Below, piece after piece: positions 27,650 through 36,580 of a stretch of DNA of 64,000 nucleotides (the first letter of the stretch is position 1; the number at the start of each line of letters is the position of its first letter). The stretch covers positions 53 through 64,052 of the forward strand of contig CAYPRT010000008.1 of assembly GCA_964413155.1 (NCBI GenBank), written 5' to 3'. The position numbers were made by a program, and so were the translations under genes. The notes beneath the pieces are model-generated. The model did not search any database, was not told the origin of the DNA, and saw nothing but the letters and a program-made list of their open reading frames with translations. Source of the DNA: an uncultured Hyphomicrobiales bacterium (lineage in GTDB: Bacteria; Bacteroidota; Ignavibacteria; Kapaibacteriales; UBA2268).

Positions 27650-30271
27650 ATGAAACAAAAAAGGGAGATAGAAATTCAGTATCGTAAACGAGAAAGAAAT
27701 AGTAGAGGAATGTCCGATAACGAGATAAATTCTGCAGAAGAATTACGTTCGGAAATTATGGAAAAATACCGTAAAGGTATTAGAATAGCAGCTATTTTTA
27801 CAGCAATATTGAGTTTGTTTATTTTACTTGCTGTTATTTCCTATAGTCCAAAGGACGAATTCGTTTTTGAGTTTACAATAAAAGATTACTTTGAAGCAAT
27901 CAAAGGTAATTCACAGGTCTTATCAAAAATAAAAGAGATTTCAAACTGGCTGGGTCCAATTGGTGCTTTGGTCTCGAACTTCTTTATTAACAAAACTTTT
28001 GGTTATTTTTCTATCTTTATCCCTATTTTGTTAATTCTTTGGTCCATTAAGTTACTAATCACTCAAAATTTTAGTGGTCGATTAGTTAAATGGACAATTT
28101 TCATTTTGTTATTTTTTTTATTTTTCACAAGTTTTCTTTCTTCTTTGAATCTTTTAGTTAATTTAAATATTCCATATTATTGGATCGGGTTGATTGGTAC
28201 TTTTCTGGCGACTTTAACTTCAAATTTCATTGGAGTGGTTGGTGCGTTCATTTTCTATTTCTTTGCTGTCCTACTTACCCTTGTTTTTGCTTTAAATATA
28301 AATGTCGAAAAGTACTTGCTTTACTCCTATGAAAAAATTAAATCAATTTTTCGAGCCAAAAAAGTTTCAGAGAGTAAATTCGAAGCAAAAGAAAAAGAAA
28401 TTGTCGAGATGCCAGGCGACGATAGTACAAAAACAATAGTTGAAGAACAAAATGCTAACGATTTCGAAATTGCCAGTATTTTAGCAAAAGGTTTCGAGGA
28501 AGCAAATAATGAAGAAAAAGATTATTCTGAAAGAGTTGTAAGTAAAACAGATATTGTTGGTGGCGATGCATATGATTTAGTTACTGAAATTGGAACTGAG
28601 TTTATCGAAGAACAGCAATATTCAGATAAATCTGTTGAAGAGCAGGACGCTATTACTTCCGAAACTACTTCTGAAAAAAAACTGACTTTAATTGTTGAAG
28701 AATCTTCAGAAGTTGATAAGGATATTAAAGAAAATAAAACAAATTTGTTCACACCGTTATCGACACTTGTTTTGGACGAAAAAATAAACTTCAAACCGCC
28801 GCCAGTTGATTTACTGATCGATGATGAAAGTAAATTTCAAATAAACGAAGAAGAACTTAAGCAAAATGCAAGGGTACTTCAGGAGAAGCTTGAAACATTT
28901 AAAATTTACATAGAAAACCTTACAGTAACCCCTGGTCCTGTTGTTACTCAATATGAATTTGTACCTGCTCCGGGAATAAAGTTAAGCAGGATACAAAGCC
29001 TTGCAGATGATATTGCTCTTGGATTAAAAGCTAAAGGAATACGAATTATCGCCCCTGTTCCTGGCAAAGGAACAGTTGGGATTGAAATTCCAAATCGGAA
29101 GCCATTGGTTGTCCGTTTTGGGAATTGCTTGAAAAATTCCAAAATCAACCAAAATTATCGCCTACCTATTATTCTTGGGAAAACAATTTCGGGCGAGGTT
29201 TTTGTCGAGGATTTAGCAAGAATGCCACACCTATTAATTGCTGGCGCCACAGGTTCTGGTAAAAGTGTCGGAATTAACACAATCATTGCCTCATTGATTT
29301 TTAAAATGCATCCACAGAATCTTAAATTTGTGATTATTGACCCTAAAAAAGTTGAGTTAACACATTATCAACAGCTACTTTATCATTTTCTTGCTGTATC
29401 TCCCGAGCTCGACGATGCAATTGTTACTGAACCTTCCGATGCTGTCTTAATTTTGAAAGCATTAGTCGCAGAAATGCAAAGTCGATACGATGTCCTATAT
29501 TCTGTACAACAAAAAAATATAGCAGAGTATAATAAGAAGGTGCGAGAAGGTTTGTTTAAAAACGACCAAGAGTTCGTTCACCGTCCGATGCCCTATATAG
29601 TTACTATTATTGATGAGCTTGCAGATTTGATGCTGACAACTGGGAAGGAAATAGAAGGGCTGATTATTCGCCTTGCGCAATTGGCTCGTGCAGTTGGAAT
29701 TCATCTTGTGGTTGCAACCCAAAGGCCATCGGTTGATATTATCACAGGCTTGATAAAAGCTAATTTCCCTGCACGAATTGCTTATCTTGTTGCTTCTCGC
29801 GTTGATTCTCGCACAATAATAGATACTATAGGAGCCGAGCAATTACTTGGAAATGGCGATATGTTGTTTCTTCCTAATGGAAGTCCGCATCCAATTCGTA
29901 TTCAAAATGCTTTTTTAACTACAGATGAAATTGAAAGAATTTGCGAATATATTGGAAAGCAAAAAGGTTATTCAAAACCATATTATTTGCCTAAAGTAGA
30001 GGACAACAAGACATCCCGCGATGGTTTCGACCGCGAGGGCTTCGATCCACTTTTCGAGGATGCTGCGAGATTAATTGTTCGTTATCGCCAAGCATCTGTT
30101 TCTATGTTGCAAAGAAGACTAAAAATTGGATATAATCGTGCAGGAAGAATTATGGACGAGTTGGAAATGGCTGGAATCGTTGGTCCTTTCGATGGTAGCA
30201 AAGGAAGAGATATTAGAATTTCATCGGAAGAAGAGTTGAATAAGTTCCTAAAAGAAAAAGGTATTGCTTGA
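27650..30271 (+). CDS. ftsK: DNA translocase FtsK/SpoIIIE
   Basis: N-terminal TM segments, acidic linker, Walker A (GATGSGKS), C-terminal gamma winged-helix domain. Confidence 0.9.
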   Translation: MKQKREIEIQYRKRERNSRGMSDNEINSAEELRSEIMEKYRKGIRIAAIFTAILSLFILLAVISYSPKDEFVFEFTIKDYFEAIKGNSQVLSKIKEISNWLGPIGALVSNFFINKTFGYFSIFIPILLILWSIKLLITQNFSGRLVKWTIFILLFFLFFTSFLSSLNLLVNLNIPYYWIGLIGTFLATLTSNFIGVVGAFIFYFFAVLLTLVFALNINVEKYLLYSYEKIKSIFRAKKVSESKFEAKEKEIVEMPGDDSTKTIVEEQNANDFEIASILAKGFEEANNEEKDYSERVVSKTDIVGGDAYDLVTEIGTEFIEEQQYSDKSVEEQDAITSETTSEKKLTLIVEESSEVDKDIKENKTNLFTPLSTLVLDEKINFKPPPVDLLIDDESKFQINEEELKQNARVLQEKLETFKIYIENLTVTPGPVVTQYEFVPAPGIKLSRIQSLADDIALGLKAKGIRIIAPVPGKGTVGIEIPNRKPLVVRFGNCLKNSKINQNYRLPIILGKTISGEVFVEDLARMPHLLIAGATGSGKSVGINTIIASLIFKMHPQNLKFVIIDPKKVELTHYQQLLYHFLAVSPELDDAIVTEPSDAVLILKALVAEMQSRYDVLYSVQQKNIAEYNKKVREGLFKNDQEFVHRPMPYIVTIIDELADLMLTTGKEIEGLIIRLAQLARAVGIHLVVATQRPSVDIITGLIKANFPARIAYLVASRVDSRTIIDTIGAEQLLGNGDMLFLPNGSPHPIRIQNAFLTTDEIERICEYIGKQKGYSKPYYLPKVEDNKTSRDGFDREGFDPLFEDAARLIVRYRQASVSMLQRRLKIGYNRAGRIMDELEMAGIVGPFDGSKGRDIRISSEEELNKFLKEKGIA

Positions 30272-30272
30272 T

Positions 30273-30689
30273 TTATCTATTTTTGAGTTTCAATTGCACT
30301 TTTTTTAATTCGTTCAAATCGTAACATAAATCAATAGTGTTTAAACGTGAACCAATAGAATTTTGCAAGTATATTCTAGATAATCTTTCTGATGTAACAT
30401 CATCAGGAATCAATTCAACAATTTTTGAAATATAACCGACCATTTTATCAAATAGATTTTCTAATTCTTTTTTCAAATTGCTTGTGTCCGATTCTGTGTT
30501 TTGTTTCAAAATGCGATAACTTCCCCAAAGAGCTGAGCCATAGAAAATAATTTCGTTTGCCAGTTCTGGTAAATTGTTTTGTGCAAGAATTTCGAGAATC
30601 ACGCCAAGGTCGTTTCTTTTTCGCAAAGTTCCAGCAGAAGTGTAATCCAGAAATTCAAGGACCTCGGTAGTATCTTTTGATATTTCCAT
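30273..30689 (-). CDS. hypothetical protein
   Basis: ORF only; starts 1 nt after the stop of the upstream lipoprotein ORF; no motif recognised. Confidence 0.35.
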   Translation of the reverse strand: MEISKDTTEVLEFLDYTSAGTLRKRNDLGVILEILAQNNLPELANEIIFYGSALWGSYRILKQNTESDTSNLKKELENLFDKMVGYISKIVELIPDDVTSERLSRIYLQNSIGSRLNTIDLCYDLNELKKVQLKLKNR

Positions 30690-30690
30690 T

Positions 30691-31314
30691 TTAAAATTGA
30701 ATTGATGCTAAAACAGAATAAAAAATTTCTTCAAAATCCGAACGGGAAATATTTTCCGTTCGATTAATATCAGTTTCAATTAGTGAAAATTCATAGGCTT
30801 CGTTCAGCGGTGTAACAAAAACTGCAGTTTCGCCAAACAATTTGTACGCAACGTTTTCATATTTGTAGATATAAAATTTTTGTATTCCGTTTTTTAATGG
30901 AATGAAATCACCTGTTAGTTTTACGTTATTTAAGCTTTTACTTTGTTTTAGTTCGAAACTTTTTTTTGCAATTCCAAGTAGCCCTTCACTTTTAATAATC
31001 TGCCCGACATCGATTCGATTTGTTAACCTTGAAAAGATAATAAGAAGGGAATAGTCGGGGTTTGACGAAATCGAAAATATGTTTAATGGAATTTTATCTT
31101 CGGGGTCAATCAAAAACCAACCTTTTGGAAGTAATGCAATCATATCTCCACGTTCAGAACGGACAACAATGTCCGACATCGGTACAGTTGGCTTCTTTAG
31201 AATTGAGAATTCAGTATTAAACTCCTCGTCGGGTAGTCGAACTTTAACAATAATACATCCACTGATTGTAAAGAAAATTGTAAAAAGTAGGAAAATCTTA
31301 ATATTCTTCGACAT
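30691..31314 (-). CDS. hypothetical lipoprotein
   Basis: Signal peptide with lipobox ISGC; overlaps the fpr stop by 17 nt. Confidence 0.45.
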   Translation of the reverse strand: MSKNIKIFLLFTIFFTISGCIIVKVRLPDEEFNTEFSILKKPTVPMSDIVVRSERGDMIALLPKGWFLIDPEDKIPLNIFSISSNPDYSLLIIFSRLTNRIDVGQIIKSEGLLGIAKKSFELKQSKSLNNVKLTGDFIPLKNGIQKFYIYKYENVAYKLFGETAVFVTPLNEAYEFSLIETDINRTENISRSDFEEIFYSVLASIQF

Positions 31315-32098
31315 GAAGCGAGCCTGGTTTGCTTTTAGTATGTCTTGAATAATTATACTGTTTCAAAATTTCGGATACAGATTGAACCATTTTAGGATTT
31401 CCACAAAGGTAAAAATGGGTTTTATCTGGGTTCAATTCAATTCCTGCTTCCTTTTCCAGAAGTTGATTTTGAAGGTGTTCCTCGATATACCCTCGAAGAC
31501 CATTCCAATCCTTGTCCGCATGAACCAAAGTTGGGAAGTAGTAAAAGTTTTTAAATGTATATTTTAAGAAAGTTAATTCACTATAGTATCCAAGGTCCCA
31601 AGGATAGGAAGCCCCGTGAATAACAGCAAGTTTTCGATTTTGATGTTCAAGAATATGCGAGCGAAGGAAACTGATGTAAGGAGCCAAACCAGTTCCTGTT
31701 GCAATCATAACGATATCGCAGCCTTCTGGTGTTTCATTAAGTTTGAAAAGTCCTAAAATTCGATTATCAACCCAAATTCTACTTCCAAGAGACAAATTAA
31801 ATAACCTTGGTGTAAGCTGACCAGACTTAACTTGGCTTATATAGAACTCGAAGTTTTGTGTTTCGTGATTTGCTGAAGCAATTGAATATGGTCTTTTGAT
31901 CATCTTATCTGGTGGTAAATCCTCGGCAATAGGTAAAGAGTTAGGGGACCGAGATTCTTTTGCCAAAAGTCCAATTTGAGTAAATTGACCCGCTTCGAAT
32001 TTTGGTCTTGGTTCATCAGTTCTAACCCGCAGAATCATTAAATCTGGCGTTAGAAGTATCTTACCAACAACTGTAGAATTATATTGAGATTCTTCCAT
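31298..32098 (-). CDS. fpr: ferredoxin/flavodoxin-NADP(H) reductase (Fpr-type)
   Basis: RPYSIAS FAD-binding motif, GTGLAPY, YLCGNPKM NADP-binding motif, C-terminal Tyr. Confidence 0.8.
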   Translation of the reverse strand: MEESQYNSTVVGKILLTPDLMILRVRTDEPRPKFEAGQFTQIGLLAKESRSPNSLPIAEDLPPDKMIKRPYSIASANHETQNFEFYISQVKSGQLTPRLFNLSLGSRIWVDNRILGLFKLNETPEGCDIVMIATGTGLAPYISFLRSHILEHQNRKLAVIHGASYPWDLGYYSELTFLKYTFKNFYYFPTLVHADKDWNGLRGYIEEHLQNQLLEKEAGIELNPDKTHFYLCGNPKMVQSVSEILKQYNYSRHTKSKPGSLHVEEY

Positions 32099-32132
32099 TT
32101 TTTAAAATTTTTAAAATACAAAATTAGGAAAA

Positions 32133-33194
32133 TTATTGTGAAATGTTATTTTCGTTTGTTTTGAAGCGAATTCGATTTTCTCGTTTTCTTTTAGCCACTT
32201 CTCGTAAATCTATGAACTTATCTGCTTCGTCAACGATCTCTTCGCCCAGAATTGTTTCGATTAAATCTTCCATTGTAAGTAGACCTTCGACTCCACCAAA
32301 TTCATCGACAACGAGGAAAATATGTTGTCGTTTTGAAAGGAATTGATTTAAAGCATCATCGAGAGTAACATTTTCTGGAATAAATTGAATTTCGCGTGCT
32401 AATTCTCTTAATTTTTTATCGAGTCTATTGTTGATTGCCTCTTGTAAAATATCTTTTGAAACAACATATCCAACAATTTTATCGTCAAGGGAATGACCTT
32501 CGTAAATTGGAAATCTCGAAAAAGTTTTTATTTCGGGCAATTTCAATGCTTCTTCGATTGTTAAGTCCGCAGGACAAGAAAAAATTACAGTCCTTGGTGT
32601 CATCACATCGGATACTGGTACTTGGTTGAATTTTATAACATTGGAAAAAATCTTGTATTCACCAGTTTGTAAAGTTCCTTCTTCATGGGCAGTTTCAACA
32701 ACTTCTTGAATATCTTCCAGCGATGCTTCTTCCTTCTTGGAAGTAATTTTATTCAAGAAAGAAAGATAAAATTTACCAAAAAACTTAAGCAAATTGTAGA
32801 AAATATAAATAACCTTGGCGAAAGCATTGAAAAGAGAGTTGCTAAACCGTATTCCAACACCATACAAAGATGTTCTTAATATAAAAATAACAAGGATGAC
32901 AAAAGGTAAGAAAAAGATAGCAATGGTTTCTTCTGTTAATGAAAGATAAATGGTAAATAGCGAAAGTGAAGTCAGTGCTAATATGTGAAGTGTAATTTCA
33001 AAGAAGACAAAAGATGTTAGAACTATATTTTTGTCGCCAAGAAGTTTTTGAAATTTTTCTTTTTGAAGTTCATCCTTGGTTTTTAAGTCGCTTGGTTGGG
33101 ATTCCGAAACAATTCCGTTCAAAAAAGAAATGAACAATGCTATTGTAATACAAATGAAAGGGAAAAACAAAGTTTGGTACAGGTCGGCTTCCAT
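32133..33194 (-). CDS. CNNM/HlyC-CorC-family transporter-associated protein (TM region, tandem CBS domains, CorC_HlyC domain)
   Basis: Hydrophobic N-terminus, CBS pair (VMTPRT...), C-terminal transporter-associated domain. Confidence 0.75.
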   Translation of the reverse strand: MEADLYQTLFFPFICITIALFISFLNGIVSESQPSDLKTKDELQKEKFQKLLGDKNIVLTSFVFFEITLHILALTSLSLFTIYLSLTEETIAIFFLPFVILVIFILRTSLYGVGIRFSNSLFNAFAKVIYIFYNLLKFFGKFYLSFLNKITSKKEEASLEDIQEVVETAHEEGTLQTGEYKIFSNVIKFNQVPVSDVMTPRTVIFSCPADLTIEEALKLPEIKTFSRFPIYEGHSLDDKIVGYVVSKDILQEAINNRLDKKLRELAREIQFIPENVTLDDALNQFLSKRQHIFLVVDEFGGVEGLLTMEDLIETILGEEIVDEADKFIDLREVAKRKRENRIRFKTNENNISQ

Positions 33195-33202
33195 AGGAAT
33201 TA

Positions 33203-33814
33203 TTAGTTGAAACTTTCGCTTGTAATTCTAATCTTTGGTGCTTGCATAATTCCAAATGGTGTTGAAAAAGTTGGTATAGCTTCGATAGTAATTTTCGAAG
33301 GATTTTGACTAACTCCTCCCAATGATAAAGCCAGATTCAGAATTCCTTTGTAGCCACGATCACCAAAAAATTTGAAAAGGTCTAAAGAGACTTCCAATTG
33401 TAATAAGCCAGGGTTTTGCGAAACTGGGAATTCATATTCTTTAGCGAGCTTCCCAGAGATTGTTTTGACACCATCGATAAAAAGCGTCCATTCGAATTGC
33501 TTTAAAGTGACAGGTATGGGTTTAGTTCCGTGTATTCCGGTGTTAGGATTTTTTACAGCAATATTTACAATGAATGAAACAGGTAGTTTGTTTCGTGCTA
33601 TTTCTTGTCCGATTTTTACAGCATCAAATGAACTGAAATCACTCAGGCTTTGTTTTGTTGAAATTGGTATGCCCGCAAGTTGAAATTCTGTTACATTTTC
33701 AATTTTAAATCGAAGAGAAGAAAAAGAACTTAATGTATGGGTAACATCTTTAATGGTTTGACAGGAGTAGAGCCAAAGAATTGAAATGAAAAAAACACAA
33801 ATTCTGACTAACAT
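33203..33814 (-). CDS. lipoprotein, possibly LEA_2/WHy (NDR1-HIN1-like) domain
   Basis: Lipobox LYSC; NPN motif (VKNPNTGIHGTKPIPV) typical of LEA_2; otherwise unassigned. Confidence 0.45.
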   Translation of the reverse strand: MLVRICVFFISILWLYSCQTIKDVTHTLSSFSSLRFKIENVTEFQLAGIPISTKQSLSDFSSFDAVKIGQEIARNKLPVSFIVNIAVKNPNTGIHGTKPIPVTLKQFEWTLFIDGVKTISGKLAKEYEFPVSQNPGLLQLEVSLDLFKFFGDRGYKGILNLALSLGGVSQNPSKITIEAIPTFSTPFGIMQAPKIRITSESFN

Positions 33815-33874
33815 TGAAAATACTTCAATTTAATGTAAAAATATCGCAAAAAAAGTGGACTAACTCAACAAATT

Positions 33875-33951
33875 TGGTACCGGAGGAGGGATTTGAACCC
33901 CCGACACGCGGATTATGATTCCGCTGCTCTGACCAGCTGAGCTACTCCGGC
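33875..33951 (-). tRNA. tRNA-Met (anticodon CAU; could alternatively be tRNA-Ile2/lysidine type), CCA encoded
   Basis: Manual cloverleaf: acceptor GCCGGAG/CTCCGGT, D-stem GCTC/GAGC, anticodon stem GCGGA/TCCGC with loop AUCAUAA, T-arm GGGGG-TTCAAAT-CCCTC. Confidence 0.8.
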
Positions 33952-33981
33952 AAAAATAAAGAACAAAATTACGAAAAAGTC

Positions 33982-34605
33982 TCAACTTTCCAAAATCCTT
34001 TTAAGTTCGTCACGAATTTTAGCAGCAAGTTCATAATTTTCTTCTTTTATTGCTTTTTCAAGTTCTTCTTGTAACTTTTCGACTCGCGATTTTGGCCTTT
34101 CTGGTTCTTTTGGTTGAGGGAAACCAAAATCTTCTTCCTCTTCTTCATCCACCGAGCCAAATATATCTGATTCTTGTTCTTGTTCGATATCCTGGTGTTT
34201 GTCTCCGAATGTAATTCCAGCTTGTTTCATTACTTTTGCAGAAACATAAATTGGAACTTTGAAACGGACAGCAAGTGCAATTGCGTCGCTGGGTCGTGCA
34301 TCAATATCCATTTCGGGAGAATCAAAAATGATTCGGGCATAAAAAGTTCCATCTCGAAGATCATTTATATAGACTTCCTCAATTTTGACATTTAGTTCCT
34401 CTAGGACTGTTTTGAATAAATCGTGGGTTAAAGGTCTGGGTGGTTGTACCTCTTCGAGAACAATAGCGATAGATTGAGCCTCGAACTGCCCAATAATTAT
34501 GGGTAGACTTCTTGGTCCGTCCTTCTCTTTTAGTATCAAAGCAAAAGCATTTGGGCTTTCGGGACTTGAGGTAATTCCAATTGGTCTAACTTCAATTTTT
34601 TCCAT
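33982..34605 (-). CDS. bifunctional nuclease (BFN/DUF151) domain protein with a C-terminal UVR (UvrB/UvrC) motif
   Basis: BFN-like N-terminal domain; acidic linker; C-terminal EKLQEELEKAIKEENYELAAKIRDELKRI is a UVR motif. Confidence 0.7.
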   Translation of the reverse strand: MEKIEVRPIGITSSPESPNAFALILKEKDGPRSLPIIIGQFEAQSIAIVLEEVQPPRPLTHDLFKTVLEELNVKIEEVYINDLRDGTFYARIIFDSPEMDIDARPSDAIALAVRFKVPIYVSAKVMKQAGITFGDKHQDIEQEQESDIFGSVDEEEEEDFGFPQPKEPERPKSRVEKLQEELEKAIKEENYELAAKIRDELKRILES

Positions 34606-34669
34606 CTTTAATAATCTTCTTTTTAAATTCGATTTAAAAGACTATATCAATTTACTTTTATTTTACTTT

Positions 34670-35641
34670 TTATTCTTTATACTTTTTGATGTTCTCAATC
34701 AACTTTGGAATTACATTAAACAAATCTCCAACGATACCATAATCGGCAACTTTAAAAATTGGGGCATCTTTGTCTTTATTAATTGCAAGTATATATTTCG
34801 AAGAGGACATCCCAGCTAAATGTTGAATTGCTCCGCTGATTCCACAAGCAACGTACAGAGTTGGAGAGACGGTTTTGCCTGTTTGTCCTACTTGCTCACT
34901 ATGGGGTCGCCATCCTGCATCGACAACTGCTCGCGAGGCCCCTACCGCCCCGCCAAGAAGATTGGCTAATGCTTCGATTAAATGGTAATTTTCTGGTCCT
35001 TTTATTCCTCGGCCTCCGGAAACCACGATATCTGCTTCGAGCACATCTAATTTTCCTTCGTTTTTCATTGTATTTACGACCGATTCTTTTCGGTCGGATT
35101 CATTTACTTCGGGGACGAATTCATCAATTTGAAATTCGTTAGTTGGCGAAGGAACTACAGTGAAAATGTTTGGTCGAAGTGAACAAACTTTAATATCACC
35201 AAGTAGTTTAACATTTATTTGGGATTTTCCAGCATAAACTGGTTTTTTAACTATTAATTCACCATTAACAAAGTCTAAGGCAATGCAATCGGAAACATAG
35301 GAGGCTTCTAGATTGGCAGAAATCCTACTTGCAAGTTCAAAACCATATGTATGAGCAGGAAATAGTATAAGGTCGAAACCATTTTGACGAATAAGTTGAG
35401 TAATTGCCTTTGAATAAAGCGATGGTGAATAAGTTGAAAACATGGGAGAAGTTATAAGGAAAGATTTTGCCAACCCATATTCCTTTGCAGTATTCAAAGC
35501 ATCATTTGAAGCATTAAAGGCAATACCAAAAAGTTCTGCTGAAGTTTTAGATGCAATCTGATTGCCAGCTGTGATAAGTTCATAAGAAACTCTTTTCAAT
35601 TTGTTTTCAGCAGATTCTAAATAAACAAGAATTTTTTTCAT
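34670..35641 (-). CDS. etfA: electron transfer flavoprotein alpha subunit
   Basis: FAD-binding C-terminal domain (VVSGGRGIKGPENYHLIEALANLLGGAVGASRAVVDAGW). Confidence 0.9.
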   Translation of the reverse strand: MKKILVYLESAENKLKRVSYELITAGNQIASKTSAELFGIAFNASNDALNTAKEYGLAKSFLITSPMFSTYSPSLYSKAITQLIRQNGFDLILFPAHTYGFELASRISANLEASYVSDCIALDFVNGELIVKKPVYAGKSQINVKLLGDIKVCSLRPNIFTVVPSPTNEFQIDEFVPEVNESDRKESVVNTMKNEGKLDVLEADIVVSGGRGIKGPENYHLIEALANLLGGAVGASRAVVDAGWRPHSEQVGQTGKTVSPTLYVACGISGAIQHLAGMSSSKYILAINKDKDAPIFKVADYGIVGDLFNVIPKLIENIKKYKE

Positions 35642-35658
35642 AGATACCTCCAGAATTG

Positions 35659-36405
35659 TTAGATAATTTTTGCATCTTCGTGGAGAAGTCGAACAATTTC
35701 GGCAATTTCTTCATCGCTATCACCAACGATTTTGTTTTTTCTGGCTCGCATAGGTACTTCCATTCCCAAAATTTCAATTTTTGGAGCTAGAGGTTCGGGG
35801 GCAATTTCTTCGATAGGCTTGTTTTTTGCTTTTAAAATATCAGGTAATTTGGGATAGCGAGGCTCGTTCAATCCTTTTTGTGCGGAAATAACACAGGGAA
35901 GGGTAGTTTGGACAACCTCTTTTCCTCCAATAACATCTCTTTCCGCAATTACTTTGTTTCCGTCGATTGTAAGTTTCGAAACTATTGTAATTGCAGGAAT
36001 ACCAAGAAATTCAGCTACCATCGATGGAATAGAAAGACTGTCGAAATCAACGCTTTGTCTGCCAAAGAAAATTATGTCTGGATTGAATTGTTTAGCATAT
36101 TTTGCAATATTTTTAGCAGTAAAAAAGGAATCGAAAAAGCCTTCGGTTTTTATTAAAACAGCACGGTCAGCACCCATTGCCAATGCAGACCGAATAACTT
36201 CTTTCGATGCTTCTGGACCAACAGTGATTGTAACGACGGTACCACCGAATTTTTCTTTCAGACGCAATCCCTCTTCTAAAGCGAATTCGTCGTAAGGGTT
36301 AATAATAAATTTGACACCTTTTTCATCAATGGATTTGCCATCTGGTCCTATTATGATTTTGGTTGCAGTGTCCGGTACTCTGGAAATTCCAACTAAAATG
36401 TTCAT
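35659..36405 (-). CDS. etfB: electron transfer flavoprotein beta subunit
   Basis: MNILVGISRVPDTATKI...; about 250 aa, typical EtfB. Confidence 0.9.
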   Translation of the reverse strand: MNILVGISRVPDTATKIIIGPDGKSIDEKGVKFIINPYDEFALEEGLRLKEKFGGTVVTITVGPEASKEVIRSALAMGADRAVLIKTEGFFDSFFTAKNIAKYAKQFNPDIIFFGRQSVDFDSLSIPSMVAEFLGIPAITIVSKLTIDGNKVIAERDVIGGKEVVQTTLPCVISAQKGLNEPRYPKLPDILKAKNKPIEEIAPEPLAPKIEILGMEVPMRARKNKIVGDSDEEIAEIVRLLHEDAKII

Positions 36406-36523
36406 ACTACCCTCAATGGTTCAACATAATATAAGATTACAAAAATAAATAAATTGACATTATTTGCTAGTGTTACATCAAATCAAATCAAGGCAAGTTT
36501 CAAAAATGTCCAATTAATAATTT

Positions 36524-36558
36524 GAAAAAACGGGCTGATTTCAAAGAAACAGCCCGTT
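36524..36558 (-). terminator. rho-independent terminator after hppA (ACGGGCTG...CAGCCCGT stem, T6 on the minus strand)
   Basis: Inverted repeat with an A6 tract on the plus strand immediately upstream, seen directly. Confidence 0.6.
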
Positions 36559-36580
36559 TAATAAAGCAAGAACTAAATTA

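Noticed and set aside
33875-33951. Calling the CAU tRNA an initiator tRNA-fMet
   Set aside because: The anticodon stem lacks the three consecutive G-C pairs, and the 1-72 position is a G-U pair rather than the C-A mismatch typical of bacterial initiators. Elongator Met or Ile2 (lysidine) is more likely, and I cannot distinguish these without a model.
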